Program-made: the position numbers and the translations under genes
The notes under the pieces: generated by a model
The model's input: the letters and a program-made list of their open reading frames with translations, nothing else
Told to the model about the DNA's origin: nothing
The model's database searches: none
In this document: positions 23,131-38,076 of the stretch, piece after piece
Numbering within the stretch: the stretch's first letter is position 1
Layout: each line of letters starts with the position of its first letter
NCBI GenBank assembly: GCA_017654855.1
Contig: CM030336.1
Location: 1,612,001 to 1,676,000, forward strand
Reading direction: 5' to 3'
DNA length: 64,000 nucleotides
Origin: Podospora anserina
Lineage: Eukaryota

Positions 23131-24689
23131 TTGGACCCCGTGTTACTCGCAGTTACAAGCATTGGCAACGGTTGAATCAAGTAGTGATCAGCAACGATAC
23201 AGCCATGTCCCCTATCTACAAGTGATTTTACCTCAGGAACTACCAATCATGTGTGGGCGATAGCTGACGCAAAGGATCGGACACCTGCTGTTGAAGAACA
23301 TCCCGACATACCGACCGACATACCGATAAAGTAGCATCCTACTGTCTGGTCACCGAAGGGGTTTTGCCCAGGTCTTGTCTGGTGGTAATATTGGAAAGCT
23401 TTTGCATGGAAACATATCGATGCGAATCCGAGAAGACAAGAACCGGGTAAACCATCTAACCGCGTCATATCAAAACTTTGGGCGGTTTGAGTTGCCCGGA
23501 CCCGAGTACGACCCATGGACGCAGGAATAGATTACAGCCAATCTCATTTGGCGCTCTGCCCAGCCGCCCTTCTAGAAGACAAGGAAACCTTTGTACACAT
23601 TGATGGTTCCCCGCAGGCGGGGTGTAACCCTCCCGTACATTGGCCAAGATGATTACATATATGTTTTTTTCTTGGGCCATGTACTCGGCAGTGTTACTGG
23701 GTGTGTCTGGCACTCCCAGATGACAAAGGCCACTGCAATTGATTTGGCTGAGTGGTAGGGGACTGTTGGATATCAATGGACTTTTGCTGCTACCGCTTGA
23801 AGGGGTTCGCTTGACAGACATTGCATGCGTGTCTCAACCAACACGCCCGGGCTCTTTCTACCATGATTCGCAGACGGACCCCAAATGGGGACCCGGAGGC
23901 GGGCGCTGGGATGGATGGAAGAGATAAGATGCTTACGTCTTGGCTTGTTGGTGAACGTGATCCCAGTAACTTGTTTCCGGGGAAAGGTCAAGGTGCGGGT
24001 TGGATGGGGCGGAGGTACGGCATGGCGAGTTATGACACCATTATGCTGTTGTTGTCTCAGGGTATCTAGAACCGGCAAGCCGTGTAAGTCCTATTCCCAC
24101 CACATTCTGCCCGAAGGGTGACATGCTGATCCGACAATTCCGCATGGCTTGAAGCATGGTATTTTTTATTTCACCCCCCCGGCATCAGGGACAAAAGGTT
24201 GCCCGAGCTGATGGTTTTTTTTTTTGGTGATACCTACCGGTTCAAGGATGGGCGCAATCAATGTTTCGGTTGACGACATGGGTCAAAGGATGCAGAGTGC
24301 AGGAAGATATTGAGAATGCCAATGCTGGGCATTCGTGGGGAATTATCAATATCAATTCGTGGGGTACTGGGGTATGGTATGTTTCTGTCTCGAGGCGAAG
24401 GCCGTCTCACTTTCTAGGTACCTACCCAAGGTAGTGATCCCTTCCAGCTCACACATCACTAGGTACTGGGCTTTTACTGATGCTGCTCGACCGTCACAGA
24501 GTTCATCCGAGACGCCAAAGGTGCGTAAGCACATCCACTTGATTGGGCTGGGCGGCGCATGGTTGCTACCTATCCTATCTAAAGGTAAGGTACCTTGATC
24601 CTGTGTGTCTCCTTCCTGTGGGGAGTTTGGTCCCTGACTATCAAGGCTCTGGGAACGACATCTCGAGGAACAGACGTGGTATAAAGAAG

Positions 24690-24697
24690 TATATAAA
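24690..24697 (+). promoter_or_regulatory. Probable TATA box of the PKS gene
   Basis: TATATAAA about 140 nt upstream of ATG 24839, followed by a pyrimidine-rich leader. Confidence 0.45.
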
Positions 24698-24838
24698 TTC
24701 GTCTTGGGCCGCTTTGACTTTCACCCTGATCTCTATCATCATCAAACCGCCCCCCCCCCTCCCTCCATCCACTTGTTCCTACTCTCCATCACCCCAACCA
24801 ACCCTCAACGGTACACACACCCTTCTCTCTAACAAAAC

Positions 24839-27800
24839 ATGGCACCCTTCAACGACCCAACCCCCATCGCCATCGTAGGCCTGTCCTACCGCGCCCCAGG
24901 CGTGGGCCGCAAGGGGTTGTACGACTACCTCTCCCAAGCCAAATCCGCCTGGAGCACCATGCCCCCCACCCGCTTCGACCAGCAGGCCTTCCACACCCCC
25001 GGCCTCGACAAGCCCGGCTGCTTCAAGGTCAACGGCGCCCACTTCCTCCCGGACGACATCTACCAGTTCGACGCCGCCTTCTTCAACATGAGGGCCGAAG
25101 AGGCAAAGAACTCGGACCCTCAGCACAGGATGATGCTCGAGTGCGCGCTCGAGGCGGCCGAGAACGCGGGCCAGTCCCTGCTGGACATTGCGGGAAAAAA
25201 CATTGGCGTTTTTGTCGCTTGCGGCTCGCAAGAGTACGCCCACCGCGTGGCGGAGGATCTGGCCAAGACGACTGCTTGGACCGCGACGGGGATTGCGGCG
25301 TGCATGTTTGCCAATAGGCTGAGTTACTTTTTCGATGTGCACGGCCCGAGCGTGGCTATTGAGGCGGCGTGCGCGAGTAGTTGTTATGCTACGCATCAGG
25401 CTTGCCAGGCGCTGAGGAATGGGGAGTGTGAGGCTGCTTTTGTGGGGGCTTCGGCTATTTGTTTTAGTCCCAACTTGTGGATTACGTTGGAGAAGATGGG
25501 GGCGCTGTCGGCCGAGGGGAAGAGCTTTTCTTATGATCACAAGGCTGCTGGGTTTGGGCGGGGTGAGGGGGGTGCTTGTCTGTTGATTAAGAGGCTTGAT
25601 GATGCGGTGAGGGATGGCGATCCTATTCATGCTGTTATTAGGGGGTCTGCTTGCAATCACTGTGGGAGGTCGGAGGGGATTACTATGCCGAGTCGGATAT
25701 CGCAGGAGCGGTTGTTGGTCAAGGTGCATGAGGCTGCTGGGCTTAGCCCGGGGGAGACGCCTGTTGTTGAGGGCCATGGGACTGGTACGCCTGCCGGGTG
25801 AGTTTTTTTCTTTTTGTTTTTCTTTTTCCTGTGGCCCCACAATAAATTCAGGGGCTGGAAAGGGGGAATGGTCTGACATGACAAGAAACTAATCTGGATA
25901 TTTTCAGTGACCCCATCGAGGCTGGCGCATTCGCCGCCATCTTGGCCAAGGACAGGACAGAAGCAAACCCCCTGTACATTGGATCGATCAAGTCCAACTT
26001 TGGGTGAGTGCTGCATTCAGGTGATTTCAAGTTTGAACTTCACTCTGACCAATTTCCAGTCATCTAGAAGGGGCAAGCGGTATTCTGGGCATGGTCAAGG
26101 CTATCCTTATGGTCAAACACGGCATCATCCTTCCCACCGCTGGCTTCGAGGAGATGAACAAGCGCATCGAAGGGAAGGAAAAGATGCGTGTCATTGGAGA
26201 CAAACCAATGGCCTGGCCCGAAAATGAGCTCAGAAGAGCACTGGTGACCAACTTTGGTATGCGTTTTCTTCCATTCTCATCACTCGTGGGGAGAGGAAAC
26301 AATGTGCTGACAGATTCAAGGGTTTGGTGGTAGTAACTCTGCAGTCTTGCTTGAGCAACCTCCTGTGTCGCCTGCGCTGACTGGCCACCTGGCTTTGAGG
26401 GCTTATACCAATGGCCATGCTGCCAATGGCGTCAATGGGCATGCCAATCGTACCAACGGTGTCAATGGCCATCACCATGTCAATGGCAACGGCATCAATG
26501 GCCACAGCACGAACGGGACCAACGGTGTCAACGGCCACCACCACGCTCCAAACCGGCTGTTTGTTCTGTCAGCCAAGACAGACAAGAGTCTCAATGCCTA
26601 CCTGTCTTCGTTTGTCGAGTTCCTTGGGGACGAGAACCCCACGCCCGACTGGTCTACTGTCCGCGTCGACGACGCCGACTTTACCAAGAATCTCAGCTAC
26701 ACTCTCGGCCAGCGCCGCACACATCATCCATACCGTGTCGCCGTCGTCGCCAACTCGGTCGATGGCCTGAAAGAGAAGCTCTCCTCCAAAAAGCCCGCCA
26801 GAGCCAAGCAAGACCGCGTCGTCGCCTTTTGCTTCACCGGCCAAGGCGCCCAATATGCCCAGATGGCTTCGGGATTGCGTCATTACAAGGTCTTCGCCGA
26901 CGCCCTTGACCAAGCCGAGGACCTTCTCACCTCCATGGGGGCGACGTGGTCCTTGACCGAGGAGCTCGGCAAGGATGCTTCCGTCTCCCGCGTTGACGAT
27001 GCCGAGATCAGCCAGCCGGCGTGCACTGCTGTCCAGCTCGCTCTTGTCGAGCTGCTCAGGAGCTGGGGAGTCACACCCAAAGCTGTCACCGGGCACTCTA
27101 GCGGCGAAATGGCGGCCGCGTACACGGCCGGGCTCATCTCCTTCACGGCTGCTGTTGCTACCGCCTACTATCGCGGCCAGGCTGCGTCGCAGCTGGCGTC
27201 CAAGGGAGGTGTTGGTGCCATGCTGGCTCTGGGAGTTGGCTTTGAGGAAGCCTCCAAGCTCATTCGAGATCACGCGGGTGACGCCTATGCGACTGTTGGT
27301 GCTATCAACAGTCCCAATAGCGTGACCGTGTCGGGCGATATGGCTGCCATTGAGGCCATCCACAAGGCCGTGGACGAGCAAGGCTTGTTTGTTCGCCGGC
27401 TCAAGGTCAGCCTGGCGTACCACTCTCGTCATATGGAGGAGGTGGCCGATTGGTACCGCGCGGCGATCCAGCCCTACTACGAGGATGAGTTTGTCGTTGT
27501 CGAGAACGATGACAGTAAGCCGGCCTTTGTTTCCTCGGTCACTGGCCGGGTCGAAACTGTGATTGACTCATCGTACTGGGTCAACAACCTTGTCCGACCT
27601 GTTCGGTTTTCTGATGCCATCACCAAGCTGTTCTCCCAACAGGAGGATGTCAAGACCGGCCGGACACCTAATGTCATTGTCGAGATTGGCCCGCACGCAG
27701 CCTTGAAGAACCCCATCAAGCGCACGGTCGAGGATCTCTCCCTCAAGTCCTTCTCTTACCTCCCTTCTTTGGTCAGGAAGGTAGACGGCAGCCAGGCGCT

Positions 27801-30800
27801 GCTGGACCTTGCAAGCGGCTTGTTCACCTCTGGCATCCCTACCGATCTCGGTGCCGTCAACCAAACCGACAAGACCAACGCCCAGGTCCTCACCGACCTC
27901 CCAGCCTACGCGTGGGACAAGTCAACCAGCTACGAGATCATGCCCCGCCACACCCACGAGCTCATGTTCCCAGGCGAGCCCTTCCACCCCCTCCTAGGCC
28001 GCAAAGCCGCCTCCAGCGGCAACGCCAACGGCCAGGAGCGCACATACCGCTCCCTCTTCAGCCTAGACGACATCCCCTGGATCCGCGACCACAACGTCTC
28101 TGGTGTCGTCATCTTCCCCATGACAGGCTACCTCGGCTGCGCGATCGAGGCCCTCCGGCGCGCCGTCGCCCCCGGCACCCCCGTAGAGGCGTTTGTGCTG
28201 AGGGACATCCACGTCGTCCGCAGCTTACAAGTCGAGGAAGAACAAAACGTCGATCTCCTCACCAAGGTCAAGCCCACTTCTACGGGTACAGCCAGTTACT
28301 CTCCCACCTCGTGGTCGTTCGAGGTGCAGATCCTGCACAGCGATACCAACTCCTGGGCTACGCACTGCTACGGCAAGATCGAAGCCGAGACCGTCCCGCT
28401 TCCTACCGAGAGCCCGGCTACAAAAGAGTCTCTTTTGTTGCTGCACCGCGCTGAGGCGACCCCGCTGGAGGAGCACGACCCCGGTGTTGTCTACGCGGCA
28501 GATGGTCTCCAGGGCACCCTCTACGGCCCGTCCTTCCGGAACACCACCCGCTACCGCAAGGGGGAGAAGTTCACAGTCATTGATCAAAAGCTTCGCGACT
28601 TGGGACCAGAGGTTGATCTGCTGAGCAAGTACGGCTCCCCTTACACGGCCGATCCGCCAACGCTCGATGGGTTTCTGCAGGGTGGTGGGTCGTTCAGCGA
28701 GATTGACTGGAAGAGGCTGGCGCTGATGCCCAACCATGTGAACCGCTTGAGGGTGTCGAACCATATCGCTCTTGGGAAAGAGTCGGAGCGGATCGAGACT
28801 GTGACGAGGCTGCTCGAGCACGACGCCAAGGGAGGGAGGATGCTGATGAGCGTGGCTGCGTTTGTGGTCGATGACAAGAGCGGCAAGCGGGAGCCGATTG
28901 TCGAGTGGGAAACCGTCACGTTCCGCGCGCTGCAGTCGGGTGATGACGAGGATGAGCTACCGGAAAACGGCCTGCCCGTCAACTGGCGGTTCGAGCTGCT
29001 TGCTCGGCTCGACTTGCTGCCCAAGGAGGAGCAGCTCAGGCGGTTTGCTCCCCAGAGGATCAGCGAGGAGGAGATGGAGGGCGGGCGGGACTTGCACGCG
29101 GCTGCGTGTTGGTTCGTGGACCAGGCGCTCGTCGAGACGGCTGGGGATGACGAGTCGGCTATCCCGAGTCATTTGGTCAAGTTCAAGAAGTGGGCCAGGA
29201 GGATTGTGGATGCCGAAGGGCCAGAGATTGAGGATCCGGTCGGGCTGGTGAGGAGGGTCGAGGCTATCAGCGCCCAGGGGGAGTTGCTCTGCGCTATTGG
29301 GAAGCAGCTAGTGCCGATTCTGAGGAACGAGGTGCAGCCGCTGGAGGTGATGCTCAAGGATGGGTTGCTGACTCGGCACTACGAGGCTGATGTTTCAAAC
29401 GCCTACTTTAGTCAGCTGGTTGGGGAGCTGGTGTACGACCTCAGCAACCTGGAGCCCAACATGAGGATCTTGGAGATTGGTGCCGGCACGGCGGGCACGA
29501 CGCTGCCGATTCTCCAGGAGTTGTCCAAGGACCGGGAGGAGGGCGCGTTCTTGAGTTATACCTTCACCGATATCTCGAGCGGCTTCTTTGAGAACGCCCG
29601 CAACGGCAAGCTGAAGAGGTGGTCGGATTTGAACCGCATCTCGTATGAAAAGTTGGACATCAGTCGGGATCCGGTCGAGCAGGGGTTCGAATTGGGCGAG
29701 TACGATTTGATCGTTGCGGCAAACGTGCTGCATGCGACGGCCAACATGATCACCACCATGAAGAATGTGAGGAGCTTGCTGAAGCCGAGAGGCAAGGTCA
29801 TCCTGCTCGAGGCCAACAGGCACGCGCCCATCACGCTGCCGTTTGCGCTGCTGCCGGGTTGGTGGTATGCCGAGGATGACTACCGTGACCGGGAGTCGGG
29901 ACCGCTGCTTGCGCTGGAGAGCTGGAACAGGCTTCTCGTCGACACTGGTTTCACCGGAGTTGATGTGCTGTATCAAGATCACCCTGGCAAGCCGGAGCAG
30001 ATGTTGAGTGCTTTCATGTCGAGCAGGATCGGCAAGGTCGTCGACGACGACGACAAGATTCAGATCACGGTTGCCGGTCCCCTCATGGATGACGACGAGC
30101 TCGACTATGCCCAGCTTGTTGCCGACGCCATCACGGAAGAATTTGGTCTGGTCACGACAATCAAGCCTTTCCTCGAGGTTGACGCCGAGGGTGAGGATGC
30201 CCATGTCGTCGTCATTGACTCTCCCCGCCACAGTCTTCTCAAGGAGGTAGACGAGGACACCTTTAACGCCATCAAGAGTCTTGCGATTCACAACAAGGGC
30301 ATGCTTTGGATTGTTCCCGAGCAAGACCAGGCGGCGCCGGTTCCCGAGGTTCACTCCATCAAGGGTATCCTGAGGACTGTCCGGTTGGAGAGTGAGCCCA
30401 AGCACATCCTCATGATGGAGGGGATCCCTTGCACGGCCGAGAGAGCTGATGGCATTGATGCCATCCTCAAGGTTGTCAGGGTGCTTGCGGATCCCGAGGT
30501 CAACGCGCTAGAGGATCGGGATTATCTCTTCCGTGATGGACTCATCCACCAGCGGCGCATGCGCCCGCTGAAGGAGCTCAAGGAGCAGTTCGGTATCGAG
30601 CAAGGTGTTGCCATCAGATCGGTACAAAACATCTGGTCTGGCGACAGCGGCTTGGAGATGACGATGGAGTCGGCTGGGAGCCCTGAGTCGATCTACTTCA
30701 GGCGCACCGATGTTCTTCAGGCACCGCTGGCCAACGACGAGGTCGTCGTCAAGACCGAGGCGGCAGGGCTGAGCTACCGCGACCTCAATCTCGTGTTTGG

Positions 30801-32805
30801 GTCTATTCCCTGGGCTCCTCCTGGTTTCGACGGGGTTGGCACTGTTGTCAAGACTGGCGATCAGGTGGCGCACCTGAGAGAGGGAGACAGAGTGTTCTTC
30901 TTGTCACTCGAGGGCAGCGGGTTGGCCACGTACAAGAAACTTCCCTCGTGGCACGCTGCTCGGGTGCCCGCTGGCCTCAGCAGCATCGAGGCTGCCACCC
31001 TGCCGCTTGCTTACACCATGGCTGTGGCCGCTCTTGTCCACACAGCCCGTCTCAGAAAGAACGAGTCGGTCCTCATCCACTCCGCCGCCGGTGCTGTCGG
31101 CCAGGCCGCCATTGTCATCGCTCAGCACATCGGTGCCCGCATCTTCGTCACGGCTGGCACCGAGGCCAAGAGGGCCTTCCTGCACGAAACCTACGACATC
31201 CCCAAGGAACAAATCTTTCCCAGCCGCACCCCACAGTTCAGGGACAGCATCCTCTGCGCCACGGCCAGCAAGGGAGTGGACGTCATCATCAACTCTCTCA
31301 CTGGCGAACTCTTGCAAGAAACATGGTCTCTCATGGCCGCCTTTGGCCGCTTCGTCGAGATCAACAAGAAGGACGCCTTTCAGAACACCAACCTCTCCAT
31401 GAAAGCCTTTGAACGGAACGCCACCTTCAGCACCGTCGACCTCCGCGCTTTGCACCAACACCGCCCGGATGACCTGAGAGATGTCATTGGGGAGGTCGTC
31501 AGCTTGCTGCAAAAGGGAGTCGTGGTTCCTATCCACCCCGTGACCGAGGTCCCCGTCTCTCAGTTTGCCGACGGTCTTCGCAAGCTCAAGACTGGTGATA
31601 CCACGGGAAAGATTGTCGTTACTTTTGGCAAGGAGGAGAAGGTGCTTGCCGAGAGCGCGCTTAGGCCGTCACCTCCTGCCAGGTTGGACCCCAACTCGAC
31701 TTACCTTGTGACTGGTGGCACGAGAGGTATAGGTCTTGGGCTGGCGGACTGGATGGTGGAGCACGCTGGGGCCAAGAATGTGGTTGTGCTTGGGCGCAGT
31801 GGCCCGGAGGGAGCTGAGGTGCGAAAGGTGCTGAAGAAGTATGCCGAGTCGGAGAATGTGAGGTTCAGGGCGTATGCTTGTGATGTTGGGTCGAGGGAGT
31901 CGCTGGAGGATGTTGTGGCGGCGATGAGGGAGGAGGGTTTGCCCCCGGTAAAGGGTGTTGTGCACAGCGCTTTGGTGCTGAATGACAAGCTGATGCTGAA
32001 TGCCACGTATGACGACTGGAAGTACATCACTGGCCCGAGGGTCCAAGGAGCTTGGAACCTGCACGAGTTGCTGCCCAAGCTGGACTTCTTTATTGCACTT
32101 TCGAGTTTCTTGGGTGACGGTGGGAATCCAGGTCAGAGCATTTACGCTGGCACGGCCTCGTTCTACGACGCCTTCTCTCAGTTCCGCGTCGAGCAAGGTC
32201 ACCACACTGTGTCCATCTCCCTCCCCGTCGTCTTGGGCGTGGGTTATGTTGCGGACCACGGCATAGCTGAGAAACTCCAAATCACCCTCGGTGGCACGAT
32301 CCGCATGCAGGATATCGTCACTCTTGTCGCGAGCGCCATCAGCCAGGGCCGCGACTCTCCCTTCATCAGCCCCGAGGGCAAGGCCGTCGCGTACAAGCTC
32401 CACGTCCACGGCAAGCCGCTGCATGACATCCCTTGGAAGTATTCGCACCCAATTCTTCTCAAAGACCGCCTGCACACAGACCTGACGGGCGGCGATGCCG
32501 AGAACCAGAATGCTGCCAGTGCGGCATCTACTGCCTCTTGGACCACGGCTTCTGACCCGCAGGTTGGCTTGACCGAGGCGCTGATTACCAAGGTGTCGGC
32601 CATGACCATGATTGCGAGGGACGAGGTTGAACCTGACGCGCCGCTGAGCTCGCACGGGCTGGACTCTCTGGTGTCGGTTGAGCTGAGGAACTGGATCAGG
32701 AGGGAGACGGCGGTTGAGCTAGCTTTGACAACGATTACGCAGGCGGCGAGTCTGAGGGCGTTGGCGACGCATATTTTGGCAACGAGGGCTCTGGTTGCAA
32801 AGTAA
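24839..32805 (+). CDS. Highly reducing iterative type I polyketide synthase (KS-AT-DH-cMT-ER-KR-ACP)
   Basis: Introns at 25798-25907, 26004-26059 and 26257-26320 restore one frame. KS: DPQHR, EAACASS, EGHGTGT, GHLEGASG, NFGFGGSN. AT: GQGAQ, GHSSG, YHS. DH: WIRDHNVSGVVIFP. cMT: ILEIGAGTAGT. ER: LIHSAAGAVGQAA. KR: TGGTRGIG and GQSIYAG. ACP: GLDSL. Confidence 0.95.
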
Positions 32806-33823
32806 GGATGGTTTTGACAGTGGTGGGGGGGAGGGAGGGGTTTCTTCAACGTGGTGGCAGGTTTGAGGGGTATCATGGCGTTTGTTGTGTTCTGAGGCGT
32901 TCTCGTTAGATTGGCGTTTTTGGTTTGCCTTTTTTGGGCTACTTCTTGCAAAGTTTGAGCTCGGTCTTTTTTTTTATCACGATGTTGAGGCATATTGGCT
33001 TTGACATGGACAGAACAGAGAACAATGAATGATTGCCACAACTATTGGATGCTGTAAATGGTGACATGGTGAAGGGTGGCCAAGACTTTGACATTCATTT
33101 ATGCCTCGCCAGTAAGTACTTGCATAATCCTCCCCCGCTCTCTACTTCTCTCGTTCTCGTTCTCATTCTCGCCCTTGCTCTCTAGGTGCCTCTGCCTGCC
33201 CCTTTCTCTCTCAATTCGACGCAGGAGTACATCCGGGACCCCATGCGGTTCCGTCGGTGGCCGTCGCTGCGCGGTATTTGCTCCTGCTGCTCATATCTCT
33301 GTGAATATTCAAACCATTACTCCGGATTTCACCCTCTTTCCTGCAACACCTCCCCTTCCTCCTCACCAACCTCGCCTCCCGTTCCAATTCCCTCGCCAAC
33401 TCCTCCCTAAACCCCTCTAGCTCCTCCGCTGTGTAAACCTCCCCCCCCCCTCCATTTCCATCCCTCCTCCGCCGGAAACCCCGCAAGTTGGAGCTCACAC
33501 ACCCCATTTTTTCGCTCGTTTGGAGGTGCCCTTCGACTTTGTTACTGGAATGTTACCTGCACATTCCTACAACTGCAAAAAAAAAAAAAACCAAAAAAAA
33601 AACTGTGGTTAATGAAAATCGTCATCTTGGTGGGGTTTGTGGGCTTTTACGGGCTTCCAAAAGGCCGAAAATATAAATTCGTCTGATGCGTGGTTATTTT
33701 CGAGCTGTTACGGGGTGTGGGGACCATTTTGTGGGCGGGGGAAGGGATGGAAGAGGGAGGGAGGGCGTTTGGGGGTTGATGTTTTCGTGATGTTGGGTGC
33801 ATGGGTGTCTGTGGTGTTTTGGG

Positions 33824-33874
33824 GGGATGGGAATGAAAAGGGGATGGGAATGAAAAGGGGATGGGAATGAAAAG
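33824..33874. repeat. 17-bp minisatellite, three exact copies (GGGATGGGAATGAAAAG)
   Basis: Direct tandem copies start at 33824, 33841 and 33858. Confidence 0.85.
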
Positions 33875-34558
33875 GGGGTGGACCGTGCACGGTAAGAGTG
33901 TTAACGTCAGGGTTTTGGGAGTCGAGAGGGGTGCCGGGGGATGGTGACGGGTTTGTTTTTGCGGGTGGTAACATTGGAGACGTAAATAAATTGATTTTGG
34001 GTGTTTGATCGTGGGGCGGGGAATGTGAAGCCGATGTGGGAACGGCTTCATCCACAATGGTGGTGCAGGGCAACCGAAGTAAATAAACATGGCGGTTTTT
34101 GAGATTTGAAGATTTCACCAAGATTTTGTAAATAAAGTCTGAGGCTCATCCGACCATGTTTTCTGTCGGTCTGACGTTTTATGGTCCATTTTGAGGAGGG
34201 ATTAAGCTGATGAGTTCAGATACCCAGACATCATTCTGAACATCATCAGCCTCGTTAATATTTCCAGTAGTTGCTGAAGCCTTCGACCATGCGGCAGAAG
34301 GTACACTTCGACTGCTTGGGAGATTCTTGGTGGCGGAATCCACGGGTACGTCGAAAGACTCGTTTCTGCCCATGACGTTGTACCATGTGAGGAGAGAACA
34401 ACTGTCCGCAAGAGGTTTGAGAATCCAGTATGTACAATTCTATTATCTATGCCCACTACATCTTCAATATCTATGAATGTACCAGCGTGTTCCGTGCCCA
34501 AGTTCCATGTATACCATGTGCCAGTTGGTCTCCCCGAAACGCCCCATCACCAGGTAGT

Positions 34559-35581
34559 TTACTCCATGTGGGCAGTCAGATCCACGACCGCAACGCCGCG
34601 TTTGAGGGCTGATGCCGCCGCGGCGTCAGTGGCGCTGGCCGTGTCGTTGCTGGCAAGGGTGCCATTGGCAGCAAGGGTGCCGTTGTTGGGAGGGGTAATG
34701 ACAACTCCGGCGTCAGCTCCGGCACCAACATTCCCGCTGTTCATGCCGCTATCAGCCCCAGCTCCGGCATTAGCATCAGCGCCGGCATTAGCATCTGCTC
34801 CGGCTCCGGCATTGGCATCTGCTCCGGCTCCGGCATTGGCATCTGTCCCAGCGTTGGCATTTGCTCCAGCACCAGCGTTCCCATCAGACCCAGCATTCGC
34901 ATCAGCTCCTGCATTGGCTCCAGTTCCGGCGTTAGCATCAGCACCAGCATTGGCATCAGCACCACCGTTGGCGCCTCCTCCCTGGCCATTACCATTGCCA
35001 TTACCACCACCACCACCACCACCCATGTTGCCCTTCCCCTTTCCACGCCCATTATCATCATCATCGAAACCATCATCCGCATCCGCATCATTGCCCTTCC
35101 CCTTGCCATTACCGTTGCCATTGCCATTTCCATTGCCGTTACCATTGCCGTTGCCGTTGCCATTGCCGTTGCCATTGCTGTTGCCATTGCCATTGCCATT
35201 GCCATTGCCGTTGCCGTTACCATTGTCGTCATCATCACCGTCGTCGTTCTTCCCCTTTCCTCCACGGGCCTTGACACGGGTAGCTTTGGTCTGGCTTCTC
35301 TTCGTTGCGCTGCGAGGAGCAGTAGCCTTGCCAACACCCCTGGCACGAAGGACCCGGGCATATTGAGGGGCAGGGACAGCGTTTGCAACCGGGATGGCTG
35401 CTCCTGCTACTAGGGCTCCCTGATGTCTGGTTAGCTTTTTGACGGGGAAAAAGGGGGAAACAGAAATGCTTACTGCATAACGAAGTGTGATGGCCCTTGT
35501 GTCAACACCAGTGAAGCCGGCGACAGATGCGGCGGCGAGGAGACCGCCGGCGAGGGCTTGAGCGAGGGTGGGGGCGTGCAT
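34559..35581 (-). CDS. Secreted low-complexity Gly/Asn/Ala-rich repeat protein
   Basis: Signal peptide MHAPTLAQALAGGLLAAASVAG; probable in-frame intron at ~35421-35473 (GTAAGC...CTAAC...CAG); an (NG)n tract and GADANA-type repeats. The 3' end is uncertain. Confidence 0.65.
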   Translation of the reverse strand: MHAPTLAQALAGGLLAAASVAGFTGVDTRAITLRYAVSISVSPFFPVKKLTRHQGALVAGAAIPVANAVPAPQYARVLRARGVGKATAPRSATKRSQTKATRVKARGGKGKNDDGDDDDNGNGNGNGNGNGNGNSNGNGNGNGNGNGNGNGNGNGNGNGKGKGNDADADDGFDDDDNGRGKGKGNMGGGGGGGNGNGNGQGGGANGGADANAGADANAGTGANAGADANAGSDGNAGAGANANAGTDANAGAGADANAGAGADANAGADANAGAGADSGMNSGNVGAGADAGVVITPPNNGTLAANGTLASNDTASATDAAAASALKRGVAVVDLTAHME

Positions 35582-36464
35582 GTTTATAGGAGTGTGGATG
35601 TGGAAAGAGAACGGTAAATCTTGAATGGTGCGTGAAAAGAATGAGAGACGGCACAGCCGAAAGGAGCGAAAGATCTATGAAGGGTTTGAAGGAAGGACTA
35701 GAAGTGAAGATGACTGCCTGAGTATCCTGAAGAGGAGAACGAAAACGGGGACAGAATCTTGGACGAGGCTGTCATTTATAGCAAGATCATTGTGGTACTT
35801 TAGATGCAGGATGCGATCTCGGACTTTTCCCCATGCTGGCCGCTGTTGCAAAAGGGGGGCATCAATCGGGGTCGAAAATCGGGATCATCTCAAGTTTACT
35901 GACAGCAAATGCAAAGCCACTGGACTTGATATCGGGCTTGTGTGACGAAGAAGGATCCAGTCGGTGTTGCGGCGGAAACTTGGATCGGGAAGATGGGCTG
36001 GATATCTTGAAGTGATGAACGTCTGGAGGCTGCATATTGCCGGCCGCATTTGGCGGAGAGACGGCTCCCAGTCTTTGGATCTCAGATGGAACGATCGAGA
36101 CTGTGGCACATTGGGCCTGTGGTGGTGACCTGCGAGGAACAGATGGCAGGGGGCGGATGTTGTGCCTGCTGCGCCGTTGGGGTGCGTCTTGATGAAGCCT
36201 CGCTCGTCAGAACCACCCCGCCAGATCTTGTGTTTCTGCTGGGCCGCGGGTTGCTGGCGAGGAGACACAGGGCCGGTGACCGGGCCGCATTTCATGATCT
36301 GCGTCTTGGCCTGCGGCGGGAGATCTGTGTCCTTGCGGTCAGAAAGCTTGTATGTGATGGGGTCGTCTGGGTTTCACTGCCATCCTGTGGCCAGAATCGA
36401 GTTAAGCCACATGCTCGGTGTTGAAAGGAGTTGGATGACGTAGTTACAGGCCTTATCTAATGTT

Positions 36465-38076
<1,612 letters not shown>

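Noticed and set aside
26408-26545. NGH-rich repeats in the PKS
   Set aside because: Common low-complexity KS-AT linker in fungal PKSs.
24779-33041. Several long minus-strand ORFs over the PKS
   Set aside because: Antisense shadows caused by GC-rich codon bias.
33824-33874. Direct repeats considered as a CRISPR-like array
   Set aside because: Contiguous repeats with no spacers in a eukaryotic genome; an ordinary minisatellite.
33150-34450. Fragmentary minus-strand ORFs with homopolymer runs
   Set aside because: Could be a decayed gene, but no consistent spliced model or family could be built.
34449-35366. 305-aa Pro/Leu/Ala-rich plus-strand ORF
   Set aside because: Antisense shadow of the NG/GADANA repeat gene.
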